64,000 nt of DNA from Malacoraja senta (GCA_038087875.1 CM075988.1:3100001-3164000); one strand, 5' to 3'. Positions 11,683-24,940 are shown, counted from the stretch's first letter. The notes: generated from the sequence alone by a model not told the origin. Numbers and translations: made by a program.

Positions 11683-14600
11683 TGTAAAGAGGCGTCATAA
11701 CACACTGTGTCTTTACTACTGTTTATTCATGATACACATACTTTACTGCCCTAGCTGTTCGTGGTCTGTCACCGGAACCAGAGAGAGCGAGCACTGGGTG
11801 GGAAGGTTGTAATTATACTAGTGATGTGGGGAGTGGTTAGTAGTGGTGAGGTCACTATGTTAAAGGTACATGCACATGTCATCTACATCCTTCCCCTTGG
11901 AAATAAAAAGCAATACAGTAGTGACAAGGCGACCACGTCTCATACGCTACGAGTAGGTGAGCAAACAGTTAAGCAAAATCACCATAACGGACAGGCGGCC
12001 TGACCACCCGCCCGGACCGGGTACGCAGGTCGCCATCTCCCCCCACTGCAGGAGGAACTTGAGTAGGAGCAGGCGCGGGTGAGAGAACCGGGGAACCGGG
12101 AGGAGAAAGAGAAAATGGAGACGGAGCAGGGGAAGCAGGAGCAGTAGCGGGAAGACGGGTAGGTGAGGGAGGACTGGCTGGTGGAGAGCGGGGCATACGT
12201 GGAGGGGCAGGCAACGTGGCAGACAGTGGGGGGGAAAGGGGTCTGCAGGCGGCGGCGGGGGCTCGTTAACCAGCCGCAGATGTTGGCGGGACCGGCGGTA
12301 AATAGTACCGTCATGGTCGACTAGATAGGACAGCGGCGAACCAGCAGTACCGACGACGATGGCAAACCTGGGGTGACCGGAGGGGGACTGCATCCGGACG
12401 ACTTGGCCAGGGAACAGAGGCGGGAGGGGGCGGCAGGACTGGTCGTGGGAGCGCTTTTGGATTTCTTGCTTGAGGGCAATGCGCTCCCGGACAGCAGCGG
12501 GCTGGAGAACAGGGAACGAGGGACCGCTGGGTCACCGGGATCGGAGGTCTCGTAGTGCGAGACATCAGCCGTTGTGCTGGGGAACCCAATGCAGTGTCGC
12601 GGCAAATGTTCCGAAGGTTGAGGAGGGCCAGGTAAAAGTCAGAATGGGACAGCCTACAATGTTCCAGCAAGTCCTTAGCACTGCGGACAGCGCGCTCTGC
12701 CAAGCCATTGCTTTGTGGGTACTCTGGGCTGCTGGTATAGTGTCGGAAGTTCCAGCTGGCAGCGAAACGCCGAAATTCGGCACTCGAGAACTGGCTGCCG
12801 TTGTCCGATTGAAGACTTGCCGGGGTGCCAGAGGTGCCGATGTGTTGGCGCAGCTTCCCGATAACGGCCGAAGAGGTGAGGGAGTGCAGCCGGTCAACCT
12901 CGAACCAGCTGGAGTACGAGTCCACAAGAACCAGGAAGTGCTTGCCACGCCACTCAAAAATGTCAGCGGCGACGGTCATCCAGGGCAGCTCGGGGGCAGG
13001 CTGTTGCAGAAGCGGCTGCCGTTGCTGATGGGGAGCGAGGCTAGTGCAGACAGAACAAGTGGAGACCCTCTCCCGGATGTCTTGGGCCATGCTGGGCCAG
13101 TAGAACAAACTCTGGGCCTCGGCCCCAGGGTGACCGCGATGGGCGGTCTGAAACTATTGGTCACGCAGGGCAGCAGGCACAACGACCTTGTGTCCCTTTA
13201 CGACCACGCCGTCGTGCAGCACGAGTTCGTCACGGACCAGGAAGTAGGGCACGCCTCCAGGCGGCAAGGATGAACGACGGTCTGGCCAGCCCTGCCTGAT
13301 GACGTCGGCAAGCTGCTGCAGGGCAGGATCCTTCGCAGTGTTGCTGACCAGGGACTGCATCTGCTGGGAAGGCACAATGTTGACGTTGAGCACCATCAGG
13401 TCAGACGATTCATATGGATGGCGATCGGTGGACGTTAGCGGTGCGCGGGACAGGGTGTCGGCCACAAACATGTCCTTGCCCTTGCGATATACAATTTTGA
13501 ACGTAAAACGCTGGAGCTGCAACATCATGCGCTGCAAACGGGACAAGGCAACGTGGATCGGCTTGTTGAGGATAGAGACCAGCGGCTGATGGTCGGTCTC
13601 GATCGTGAAGCTGTTTCCCAGAATATAATCCTTGAACTTGAAGCAGGCAAACACCACAGCAAGCAGCTCCTTCTCTATCTGAGCATAGCGCTGCTCGGCA
13701 GGGGTCATGGTGCGGGAAGCGTAGGAAACAGGCAGCTGCAGGCCATCGTGGAGCTGCAGGCAAGCAGCACCAATACCGAACTTGGAGGCGTCGCAGGTAA
13801 GAACAATGGGACGCCGCAGATCGAAGAATTGGAGAGTGGGGGTACTAGCCAGCCTGGACTTCAGAATGTCAAAAGCTTTCTGGTGATGCGGGAGCCAGGC
13901 CCAGGCAGTGTCCTTCTTGATCAACTCCCTCAGGGGCGCGCTCAGCTCGCTGAGGTCGGGGATGAACTTCCCCAGGTAATTAACCATGCCCAGGAAACGC
14001 TGCAGGCTGGGCACGTCGGTGGGCGAAGACATCCCGGATACCGCGGCTGTCTTCTGCGGGTCAGGCTTCAGCCCTGATGCGGTAAAGACGTGGCCCACAT
14101 AGGTGACCTCCGGGACGCGGAAACGGCACTTTTTTGGATTTAGTTTGAGGTTGATTTCACGGGCCCGGTCCAGGACTTGACGGAGGTGGAGATCGTGCTC
14201 AGCAACGTCCTTACCGTAGACCAGGATGTCGTCAACGATGATAGCACACGGCAGACCGGAGAACAGCTGCTCCATCGTCCGCTGGAAGACCTCGCTGGCA
14301 GAGTTGATCCCGAATGGCATGCGGAGGAATCAGAACCTGCCGAAGGGTGTGCTGAAGGTAGTCAGGTAGGAGGACCGCTCGTCCAGCGGTATCTGCCAGA
14401 AGGAGCTCTTGGCATCGAGAACCGAGAAGACAGTGGCCGGGCCAACCTGTGCAGCGACGTCCTCCACTGTTCGCATGGGGTAATGAAGGCGTCTGATGGC
14501 AAGGTTCAGCTCTTTGGGGTTGATGCAAATGCGAATCTCACTTTTGTCCTTTTTCGCAGCAACAACCATGGTGGAGACCCACCGGGTGGGTTCGCTCACC

Positions 14601-16120
14601 TCCTTCAGGATGCCCATGGTAACCATGTTGAGCAGCGTTAATTCCACCTTGTCCTTCATGGCGAAGGAGACGCGGTGCGGTGGACGGACCATAGGTTCAA
14701 CACCGGGGTCGACAACGATCTTGTAGCTGCAGGGCAGCTTGCCCAGCTTGTCATCAAAACGGTCAGGGTATTCGCGCAGGGGGTCCATAAGGGTCCGCAC
14801 CTGGTGGATATCACGGTGGAAAGAGACCAAGCCGAGGTCCTGGCACGCCCGGGCGCCCAACAGGGTGATGTTGTTAGTATCCAGTAGATAAAAAGTGAGG
14901 GGCCGAGAGGCACGCAGTACCTTGCAGTGCAGAGTAGCCCTCCCCACCGGAACGAGCACGCTTCCCCCGTAGGCATGCAACAGGGAGTGATCGGGAGTAA
15001 CTTTCTCATCAGTCCTTATCTTCTTGAAGAGGCCTATTGACATAACATTGGTCACGGCCCCCGTGTCGAGTTTGGCTTTGAAGGTCGAGCCGTTGACAGT
15101 AACGCGAACCGAAGGGTCCGTTATCAGTGCAGGTGCATCCAACACTGAAAATATGCTGGTCTCCCCCTGGGAGGAACTTGTATCAGACAAAGGGAGTTCC
15201 TCAGGCTGGAACTGTGAACCAAATGCGCTATCAGCTCGAGCAAGGTTGTTTAACATTCGGCGTGGAGCAGGAACTGGCTTCCCACGAGAGCGACAGGCTG
15301 CAGAGAAATGGTTCAATTTCCTGCAAAAGTTGCACGTTTTTTCCAGTGCAGGGCACACATTAGACTGATGGGAGGTAAAGTTGCAGTTGGGGCACCTACC
15401 GCCGGGTGCAGGGGACCCCCGTTGCCGTTGCGGGCCAGCGTTCCGCCGGCGGCCAGCAACACTGGCAAAGTTAATGTCATGATCAGCAGACGACACCGCC
15501 GAGGCGACAGCCTCAGCCATGCTGGAGGCGTGCAGAGCATCGGCTAAAGACAGGTCGTGCTTCCGCAGAAGTTCAGCCCTTAGTTGTTCATCTTGAAGAC
15601 CATACACTAAAATGTCCCGGGTCAGTTGATCGGGGGTCAGCGTGCCCAGGCTGCAACGCCTGGCCAGATGACGCAACGCGGCGATATAGTTATCGATTGA
15701 CTCTCCAGAGATCTGATGCCAGGTGAACATTTTAAAACGCTCTAGAATGCAGTTAGTGGGGATGTCGCACATAGCGGTAAACTTAGCCATAAGACATACC
15801 GGGTCCGGAGCATCTTCACCTGCACCATAGACAAACGACTCAGCCCGTTCCAGGGCATCAGGACCAGCCAGGTTGAGAAGCAGAGAAGCCCGTGTAGCAG
15901 GGGTGGCAGCAGGATGGGCGATCGTGGCGTAGTGTTGAAAGTCACGTCTAAAGACACCCCACCGATGGGCAATGTCCGAGGCGAAGACAAGCATGTCGGG
16001 TTCACCGGAACCAGAGAGAGCAAGCACTGGGTGGGAAGGTTGTAATTATACTAGTGATGTGGGGAGTGGTTAGTAGTGGTGAGGTCACTATGTTAAAGGT
16101 ACATGCACATGTCATCTACA
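11683..16120 (-). mobile_element. Ty3/Gypsy LTR retrotransposon (inner, nested, relatively young)
   Basis: 205-bp TG...CA 3' LTR at 11683-11887, adjacent to PPT. The partial 5' LTR at 16002-16120 matches 11769-11887 with 1 visible mismatch. TSD GTGGT (11678-11682) / GTAGT (16121-16125). Confidence 0.94.
11969..16027 (-). pseudogene. gag-pol of the inner Gypsy element with a few inactivating lesions
   Basis: Gag CCHC knuckles (CPNC...H...C, CNFCRKLNHFSAAC), protease LDTGA, RT IVDDIL, RNase H TCDAS and ETDHQPL, integrase HHCC plus DIFEW, DNGSQF and NGLAERAV. ORFs 14330-16027, 13154-14320 and 12311-13108 share one frame and are separated by single stops. Frameshifts occur only near the 3' end. 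Confidence 0.94.
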
Positions 16121-18282
16121 GTAGTCTACTAACACGGCCCGAGCACGTGCGGACCCAACCAACCCCTACCTCACCTGAAGGATGAGACGGAGAGCCTGGA
16201 GGCGAGAATGGCATGGGAGAGGCTTGTGGTGACCGACAGGGGAAACATGCGGTCGGTGAAACCCTGTGGTTAGTGGAGACCGAGGGACGTGGGGGGGTGC
16301 AAGGCATGCGGGGACAGGTGGGAGACATTGCAAAAGGCGGCTGGAACTGGAGCGGCGGAGCATAGGGATCAGCAGGCGGTGGTCGGGGCTCCCTCACAGC
16401 AAGCAGGTGTTGTCGACTTCTCCGGTATACCGCTTCCTCACAGTCCACAAGGTAGGATCGCGGCTCGTCAGTCGGACGTACAACAGTGCCCAGATGGGAA
16501 TGTCCAGTTGAAGTTCGTAGACGGACGACCTGGCCCGGCAGTAGAGGCTCGGGTGGTCTGCTGGAACTGTCGTATGACCGTTTCTGAATGTCATGCTTCT
16601 CCTGGAGACGTTTCTGGATAGTGCCGGGCTTCAGCATCCGAGGGACCAGCTGCTGTTGTGCGATGAGGACCGGAGACCTCGTCACTCTCGACAGTAGACG
16701 CTGTGCCGGCGATCCCAAGGTTCCGTCTCTGGCGATGTTTCTGAGATTCAGGAGATCGAGATAGACGTCTGACTTTGAAATGCGTGCTCCCTCCAGCAAG
16801 TACTTGGCGCTTCTGACAGCGCGATCAGCGAGTCCATTACTCTGTGGATACTCGGGACTGCTCGTGACGTGCTGGAAGTTCCATCGGTCTGCGAAAAGCT
16901 TGAACATGTGGCTGGTGAACTGCCGACCGTTGTCGGTTCTCAGGATGACAGGAGCGCCATAGGCTGAGAAGTGTCTTTTCAGCTTCTTGATGACCATCTC
17001 AGATGTGAGGGAGGTCAGTTGGTCTCGTTCAAACCAGTTAGAATAGGAGTCGACCAGAACGAGGTGCACGAGAGAGTGTGTCAGCGACATGCATGTCCTT
17101 ACCCTTTGTGTAGGTAATTGATCCATGGATGGGCTTGTTCAGGATTGTCACCAGTGGTTGGTGGTCCGTCTCGACCGTGAGCGTGTTGCCAAAGACGAAG
17201 TCGTGAAATCTGGAGCAGGCAAAGACGACAGCCAGCAGTTCCTTTTCGATTTTCGCGTAGTGCTGCTCCGTGTCGGTCATTGTGCGAGAGGCATACGCGA
17301 CAGGTAGTAGGGTGCCATCGTCAGATGGTTGCAAGCAGGCTGCGCCGAGCCCAAATTTCGAGGCATCGCAGGTGATCGTCACCGGACGTTTCAGGTCGAA
17401 AAAAGTCAGGGTCGGTGCACTGGTCAGTTTTAATTTTAAAACATCAAAGGCAACCTGATGTTGCTGGAACCATGACCATGCAGTGTCATTTTTGGTCAGC
17501 TGCAACAGTGTGGAGCTTAGCTCGCTGAGGTTCGGTATGAACTTTCCGAGATAGTTTACCATGCCCAGGAAACGTTGCAGGCCTTTCACGTCTGTGGGGG
17601 CAGGCGTTTCTGTGAAGGCTGTAGTTTTCTTCGGATCGGGTTTGAGGCCATCAGGGGTGAAGATGTGGCCGACGTAGGATACCACTGGAACCCTGAACTT
17701 GCACTTGTTAGGATTGAGCTTGAGGTTGATCTTGACAGCACGCTCCAAGATGAGCCTGAGATTGTGATCGTGTTCCGCTGCGTCTTTAATGGCGACAATA
17801 ATGGCACAAGGCAAGTCCTCGAATAGTTGCTCCATAGTTCTTTGGAAGACTTCACTGGCGGAGTTGATTCCGAATGGCATTCTCAGAAACTTATATCTAC
17901 CGAATGGGGTGGCAAATGTGGTGAGGTTTGATGACTTCTTGTAGGTCACAGGCAACTTGCCTAGGTTCTTGTTGAAAAGATCAGGGAATTCACTCAGCGG
18001 GTCCAACGAGATTTGCAGCTTGTGGACGGTTTTGTCAAAGGAAATCAGCCCCAATTCCTGACAGGCACGATTGCCAAGCAGAGTAACTGAATTAAAGTTC
18101 AAGACATAGAAGGTCAATTCCTTTGTTGTTTCCTTTAGTACACATTTCAAGTTGGTTTTGCCCAAGGGAACCAGCACCTCCCCTCCAAAAGCATGTAAAG
18201 TGGACTTGTCCTTGATGAGTGGCTCGTTAGTTCTAATCTTGTTAAAGAGGTTGATTGACATAGTGTTGACCTTCGCGCCACG
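16121..18282 (-). pseudogene. Degenerate pol of the outer Gypsy element (protease C-term, RT, RNase H, integrase)
   Basis: GAKVNTM (protease), PFGRYKFLRMPFGINSASEVFQ (RT, with the DD motif deleted), TCDASKFG and ETDHQPL (RNase H), LVDSYS, TDNGRQF and SNGLADRAV (integrase). Several internal deletions. Confidence 0.92.
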
Positions 18283-18415
18283 TGTGATTGGTTCACATGC
18301 ATCATCAATCTACAGTTATTGTTTCAATATGGGTGGTCCGACGTTGTTAGAGATATTTACTCCGAGGAAACGGACCCCAAAAGAAGCAGGAAATTTAAAA
18401 TTAATTGTCTATATG

Positions 18416-20479
18416 CAGGGCTCTCGCTTAACTTTTTTCCCTGTTGCCAGCCGGGCAACCTTGGCAGCTTTTTAGGTTGCCAAATGACAGTTTAGGTGGT
18501 CATTTAAGATGGCTTGCATGACGCGTGCGATAATGTGCTCGGACGAAGTGCGTAGTTACCAGTCGGAATTATACTCAATGAAGCACTCATATATTATTTC
18601 TGCTTCAAATAAAGTCACAAACTAAACATATTCACCAATCAAGACATGATATATACCACAATGACATGCAGCAAAATTATAAGACAGTATCTCAACTCTT
18701 TTTACACATTGCAATTAATGCAATTTCTATTAGTTCTTTCCACTTCCAAACAAAAATGTGGTTGGATTATTCAGCGTATGATCAACCTGTGTCAATAAAT
18801 CCTGTAACATATATGCGTACGTATAGTTGTGAATGTTACTCATTAAATAACTACAGTACTGATACTCCATATTAAGAGCATTGATTTGCTGTTAAAATGA
18901 ATTCTGTAATAACGTGTCAACGGCAGCAGTGACAATCGAACACTGCGGTTTTATTGTTTCACGTGTTCAAAATTTAATTAATCCATCTTTATGGATTATA
19001 ACAAATAATAACATTGGGAATTAAAACACATTTGATTGCATTCCGTTATCAAACATAGTCAATGTTCGCTCTGAAGACATTTCCAGCACAATAGGGTCGG
19101 GAGGGGGGGGGGTGTGTGAATCAGTGCGGGGTGGAAAGATGGCGGGGGGTGGGGGGGGGGGGGGTGGTGGTTAGAAGGCAGTCGGTGCAGAATGGATGGA
19201 TTGAGGCAGGTGAAGTAGTACGTGTTGGTTGGAGTAGGTAAAATTGTGAGGGGAGAGCACCGAGGATGTCAGTGGTGTTGGCAGGTGAATTAGTACGTGT
19301 TGGTTGGAGTAGGTAAAATTGTGAGGGGAGAGCACCGGGGATGTCAGTGGTGTTGAATGGGGTGGTTCAGTACGGGATGGATGGGGGTAGACAAAAGTGC
19401 TGGAGAAACTCAGCGGGTGAGGCAGCATCTATGGAGCGAAGGAAATAGGAAACGTTTCGGGTCGAGACCCATCTTCAGACTGTTCCCCCCATTCTTCTTC
19501 AATGGGAGGATCAGTACAGGATCGATGGAGGGGGGGAGATCAGCACAGGATAAATGGGGGGGGGTCAGTACAGTGTGGATTGGAGGGTCTGTGCAGGATG
19601 AATGGGGGATCACTACAGGATGAATGAGGGGAAGGGGGGAAGGTGCAGGGTAAATGGAGGGTCGGTCAGTACGGGATGAATGCGTGGATTAGTACAGGAT
19701 GGATGGGGGATCAGTACAGGATGGATGGAGGAGAAGTGCAGGATGGATGGGAAAGGGGTAAGTATAGGGTGAATTGGGGAACCAGTGTAGGATGGATGGG
19801 GGGGGGGGTGGCAGGAGAATCAATGCGAGGTGGATAGGGTGATCAGCGCAGGATGAATAGATGGGGGGGGGGGGGTAGATGTGGAGGGGAGCACAGGGGA
19901 TGTCAGTGAGGACTGAATAGAGATCAGTGCAGGATGGGGATCAGTGCAGGATGGAGTGGATGGGTCCCAGGATAAGGGGGTGGAGGGGGCGTACAAGAGA
20001 GAGAGAGAGAGAGGGAGAGAGAGAGGGGGGGGGGGGCGAGGTGGGGTGGAAGGAAGGTCAGCGCTCCTCGGACAACATCGCCCCGTTGCCTTGGCCGTTG
20101 GGAACTCCTCGCCACCGCCTCCCTCCTCCACCAGCCAACAGCAAGGTGCGGGGCCGGGCGGTGCAGCTCAGAGATCCTATAGCTATAAGATCTTTGGTGC
20201 AGCTGCTTCAGAAGGGTCGGAGCGAATGACGGGCCCCGCACAGCGGCAGCAGCGGCTCCATCTCCGCCGTGCACAGCCGCCGCCGCCGACACAAAACGTC
20301 ACGTTCCTTTTCTCCAGAGATGCTGCCTGACCCGCGGAGTTACTCCAGTTTTTTGTGTCTATTTTCGGTACAAACCAGTATCTGGTTGCCAAGCCGGGCA
20401 AAATGACTCGGTGTTTAGGTTGCCCAGCGGCGCTTTGAGTGGTCAGTGGCACCCGGGCAACCGCTAATTTCGAGCCCTG
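18416..20479. mobile_element. Non-autonomous TIR DNA transposon (hAT-like CAGGGCTC ends, 5-bp TSD)
   Basis: Left end cagggctc and right end gagccctg. Subterminal ggttgcc/ccgggcaacc motifs at both ends. ATATG is duplicated at 18411-18415 and 20480-20484. Confidence 0.75.
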
Positions 20480-23025
20480 ATATGTAGAACACAAAGCACT
20501 GGAGTAATGCAGTGGGTCAAGCACTATCTCTGGAGGACATGGATAGGTGACATTTAGGGGCAGGACCCTTCTTCAGACTTCAGAGGGTATAATGTTTAAA
20601 GATTAAACATGTTGGTTATAAAACACTATTCCAGTCATCCATTAATATGCAATGTGAATCCTGAGATTAAAAATAAATCTTAAAATGAGATTTACACAGC
20701 CCATCACGTTTCTTGTTAGCCCAGTAGATTAATTAAATGAGTATTGTAACACAGCAGTTAGCACTGCTGTTTCACAGGTCCAGTGACCCAAGGTTAGATT
20801 CTCACCCCGGGTGCTGCCAATGTGAATTTTGCATGGGTTTTCCAAGACTGAACTAGTTTCCTCCCACATCCCAAAGACTTGCTATTGGCTCCTTTGTCTA
20901 GATTAATGCCAAAGAATCAAGGGAGGAATTGATGGACACATGTGATTGAAAATAAGTTGGAGGAATACAAAGAAATAAGGAAAGTGGGAATAGAACTAAT
21001 GGGAGTGATGAGAGTCACCTTGGACCTGATGGGCTCCTAAGTTATACATCGTCAGAGTTCTGCAAAGTAAGCCTCATGCTATATTGGAAGTACACTGTTT
21101 TAGCTACAATAATAGTCATAGAGTGATACAGCGTGGAAACAGGTCCTTCGGCTCAACTTCCCCACATCAGCCAACATGTCCCAGCTACACTAGTCCCACT
21201 TGCCCGTGTTTGGTCCATATCCCTCCAAACCTGTCCTATCCATGTACCTGTCTAACTGCTGCTTAAATGTTGTGATAGTCTCTGCCTCCATTACATTCTC
21301 TGGCAGCTTGGTGCATACACCCACCACCCTTTGTGTGAAAATGTTTCCCCTCAGATTCCTGTTAAATCTTTTCCCCTTCACCTTAAACCTATGTCCTCTG
21401 GTCCTCGATTCACCTACCTTGGGCAAGAGTAGGGTCAGGGCTTCAATCCTGTGTTTCAGTAAAAGGGATTGTGATGGGGCAGTCAATGTGGGTTCAGGAA
21501 TTAGCCATCCTGCTTCTGATGTCCAATGCATGGATGAAGACTAGGAACAGGATTCCTTAATCTCAAATAACTGTTGGGCAAATCGTGTGCGTTAATCGCC
21601 ATTTGGCTGAGAGTGTAGCTCTGGATTTGGCATAGTTTCCATGTTTCTTTGTTTATAGCCCTACTGTACTTTAAATTGATTGCTGAGTATAACTGTTACC
21701 CCTTGTATTATTAATGAAACAACAGCTGCAGCTCAGTTACATGAGTTGTCTCGTTTAAAACAATCATCATTCGCAGTTTACAAAGTCGTCTATTTTATTC
21801 CCTCTTTGCCAAACGAAAGCTGATGGATTAAAGACATGATTTTCAATGGTCTGAAGAATCGTCGTCATTTTAATAGACTTATGAGTGCAATCACCTCGGA
21901 AGGGAATAACGACACTAGGGCCTCTTAATAAAGTGGGGCAGCATGGTGGCATAGCAGTAGAGTTGCTGCCTTACCGCTTCAGAGACCCGGGTGCTGTTTG
22001 TACGGAGTTTGTACGTTCACCCCGTGACCAGTGTCGGTTTTCTCTGGGATCGCCGGTTTCCTCCCACACTCCAAACACGTATAGGTTGTAGGTTAATTGG
22101 CTTGGTAAAATTGTAAATGGTCCTCAGTGTGTAGGGTAGTGTTAATGTGCTGGGAATCACTGGTCGGCACAGATTTGGTGGGATGAAGGGCCTGTTTCTG
22201 CACTGTATCTCTAAAATGAATTAAACTAAATGAAACTAAGCACCAAGAAATCAAATTAGACAAAAAAAATATCTTTAGCCAAGGATTGACAAAAATGCTG
22301 GAGGAACTCAGCAGGTGAGGCAGCATCCATGGAGAGAAGGAATAGGCGACGTTTCAGGTCAAGACCCTTCTGCAGGATTTAGCCAAGGATTAGTGAGGAC
22401 ATGGTCTTTGTAATCACTGAATATATTTGAGAGAAGTGTGGATGGATTAATGAAGTGGGTGGAAAAAGGAAAAGGGGAAATAAATTCATGCATATTGGGT
22501 TGCATGGGACAACCTTGGAATGGATTGAAGATAGACACAAAAAGCTGGAGTAACTCTGGGTCAGACAGCATCTCTGGAGAAAAGGAATAGGTGACGTTTC
22601 GGGTCAAGACCCTTCAGACTGAGAGTCGGGAAAGTCAAGGCCCAACCCCCAGCTAACAAGGCCCAACCCCCAGTCTGAAGAAGGGTTTCGGCCCGAAACA
22701 TTACCTATTTCCTTCGCTCCATAGATGCTGCTGCACCCGCTGAGTTTCTCCAGCATTTTTGTGTACCCCCAGCTAACAATGGTTAGCTTCAAAGTCGTCA
22801 TGTTGACTCTCATTGTCTGTAACTCGTTTTCACTCAGCCCCTAGCAAACAATGACCTGTTTCCTTTATCATCATTACTTTTTTGTTTATCTTTTATTCAT
22901 TTGTGCTATATCACTGTCTATATGTCGTTCCGACATCTCCTTAGAATGGATTGGTTGGGCCAAATTGCCTAATTAGTGTGGTATGTAATTGATTATTTTG
23001 TAAAGTAAAGCAAGAAGTATCTGCA

Positions 23026-23792
23026 GGTACACAAAAATGCTGGAGAAACTCAGCGGGTGCAGCAGCATCTATGGAGCGAAGGAAATAGGTAACGTTTCGG
23101 GCCGAAACCCTTCTTCAGACTGATAGGGGGTGGGGAGAAGAAAGGAAAAAAGGAAAAGGAGGAGGAGGAGCCCGAGGGTTGGGGGAGGGGAGGAGACAAC
23201 CAGATGGCTGATGAAGGGGAGGGGACAGCCAGGGCTAGCAGAATTGGGAGAATTCAACGTTCAGGCCACCAGGGTGTAGACTGCCCAAGCGGAATATGAG
23301 GTGCATTTCCTCCAATTTACGGTGTTGCTCGCTGTGGCCATGGAGGAGACCCAGGACAGAGAGGTCAGATACGGAATGGGAGGGGAGTTGAAGTGCTGAG
23401 CCACCGGGAGTTCAGGTTGGTTATTGCGGACCGACCGGAGGTGTTCGGCGAAACGATCGCCAAGCCTCCGCTTGGTCTCACCGATGTAGATCAGCTGGCA
23501 TCTAGAGCAGCGAATGCAATAGATGAGGTTGGAGGAGATGCAGGTGAACCTCTGTCGCACCTGGAACGACTGCTTGGGTCCTGGAATGGAGTGGAGGGGG
23601 GAAGTGAAGGGACAAGTGTTGCATCTCTTGCGGTTGCAAGGGAAAGTACCAGGGGAGGGGGTGGTATGGGAGGGAAGGGAAGAATTGACAAGGGAGTTAC
23701 GGAGGGAGCGGTCTTTGCGGAAGGCAGACATAGGGGGAGATGGGAAGATGTGGCGAGTGGTGGGGTCACGTTGGAGGTGGCGAAACTGACGG
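23026..23792 (-). mobile_element. Penelope-like retroelement, 5'-truncated (GIY-YIG endonuclease end plus 3' region)
   Basis: ORF 23261-23731 contains FTCISSNLIYCIRCSRCQLIYIGETKRRLGDRFAEH (PLE GIY-YIG with Cys/His motif). 14-bp TSD AAGAAGTATCTGCA at 23012-23025 and 23793-23806. Confidence 0.92.
23088..23123 (-). ncRNA. Minimal hammerhead ribozyme-like motif in the Penelope 3' region
   Basis: The - strand reads TCAGT-CTGAAGA-A-GGGT-TTCG-GCCC-GAAA-CGTT-ACC: core CUGANGA, stem II with UUCG loop, GAAA, and an ACGU palindrome in place of stem III. Confidence 0.6.
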
Positions 23793-24231
23793 AAGAAGTA
23801 TCTGCATGTTGGTGGTGGAGTGAATGAATGGCTGTGGCTGGGATACCTTGCAAGCTGTCTGCTAGTTCTTAATAAGTGTCAAGCTTCTTGAGTGTTGAAT
23901 GCATCTTCTAGGCGAGTACTCAATTGCAGTCCTGAGTTGGGCTTTGTACATGGTGGTCAGCCATTGAGGAGTCGGGGGTAAAATGCAAGATTCCTAACCT
24001 CTTACCCGTTCTTGTAGTCTAATTATGCATTTAACTACTCCAGTTCTGTTTCTGGTCAGTAAAATTATAGAATATTGATGGTGGGAATTTAATACTGGTA
24101 ATGCCATTGAATGTTTTGTTCAGTTAGTTTATTGTCAGATGTACCGAGGTACAGTGAAAAGCTTTTGTTGCGTGCTAACCAGTCAGCAGTAAGACAATAA
24201 ACGATTACAATTGAGCCATCCACAGTGTAAC

Positions 24232-24940
24232 ATAGAAACATAGAAAATAGGTGCAGGCGGAGGCCATTCGGCCCTTCATTGTGGTCATGGCTGATCGTCC
24301 CCTATCAATAACCCGTGCCTGCCTTCTCCCCATATCCCTTGACTCCACTAGCCCCTAGAGCTCTATCTAACTCTCTCTTAAATCTATCCAGTGACTTGGC
24401 CTCCACTGCCCTCTGTGGCAGGGAATTCCATAAATTCACAACTCTCTGGGTGAAAACGTTTTTTCTCACCTCAGCCTTAAATGACCTCCCCTTTATTCTA
24501 AGACGGTGGCCCCTGGTTCTGGACTCGCCCAACATTGGGAACATTTTTCCTGCATCTAGCTTGTCCAGTCCTTTTATAATTGTATATGTTTCTATAAGAG
24601 CCCCCCTCATCCTTCTAAACTCCAGTGAATACAAGCCTAGTCTTTTCAATCTTTCCTCATATGACAGTCCCGCCATCCCAGGGATCAATCTTGTGGACCT
24701 ATGCTGCACTGCCTCAATCACAAGGATGTCCTTCCTCAAATTAGGAGACCAAAACTGTACACAATACTCCAGATGTGGTCTCACCAGAGCCCTATACAAC
24801 TGCAGAAGAACCTCTTTACTCCTATACTGAAATCCTCTTGTTATGAAGGCCAACATTCCATTAGCTTTCTTCACTGCCTGCTGTACCTGTAAGCCAACTT
24901 TCAGTGACCGGTGTACAAGGACGCCCAGGTCTCGCTGCAC
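24232..24940 (-). mobile_element. CR1 LINE 3' fragment
   Basis: QRDLGVLVH...LYRALVRPHLEYCVQFWSP...FTQRVVNLWNSLP, plus a CR1-type 3' tail. Confidence 0.92.

Larger units (their letters stand above)
11400..18314 (-). mobile_element. Ty3/Gypsy LTR retrotransposon (outer, deleted; hosts a nested element)
   Basis: Complete 204-bp TG...CA 3' LTR at 11400-11603, adjacent to PPT (AGGGGGAAGGA on - strand, 11604-11614). A ~32-bp remnant of the 5' LTR lies at ~18283-18314. Perfect 5-bp TSD GTTAT at 11395-11399 and 18315-18319. pol relic at 16121-18282. Confidence 0.93.

Noticed and set aside
14330..14332. Programmed stop readthrough in the inner Gypsy pol
   Set aside because: The TGA falls inside a conserved RT motif (GRF*FLRMPFG) and is best explained by CGA-to-TGA CpG decay.
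12470..15547. Long + strand ORFs such as 12470-13273 and 13553-14077
   Set aside because: Antisense shadows of the GC-rich Gypsy gag-pol, with no recognisable motifs.
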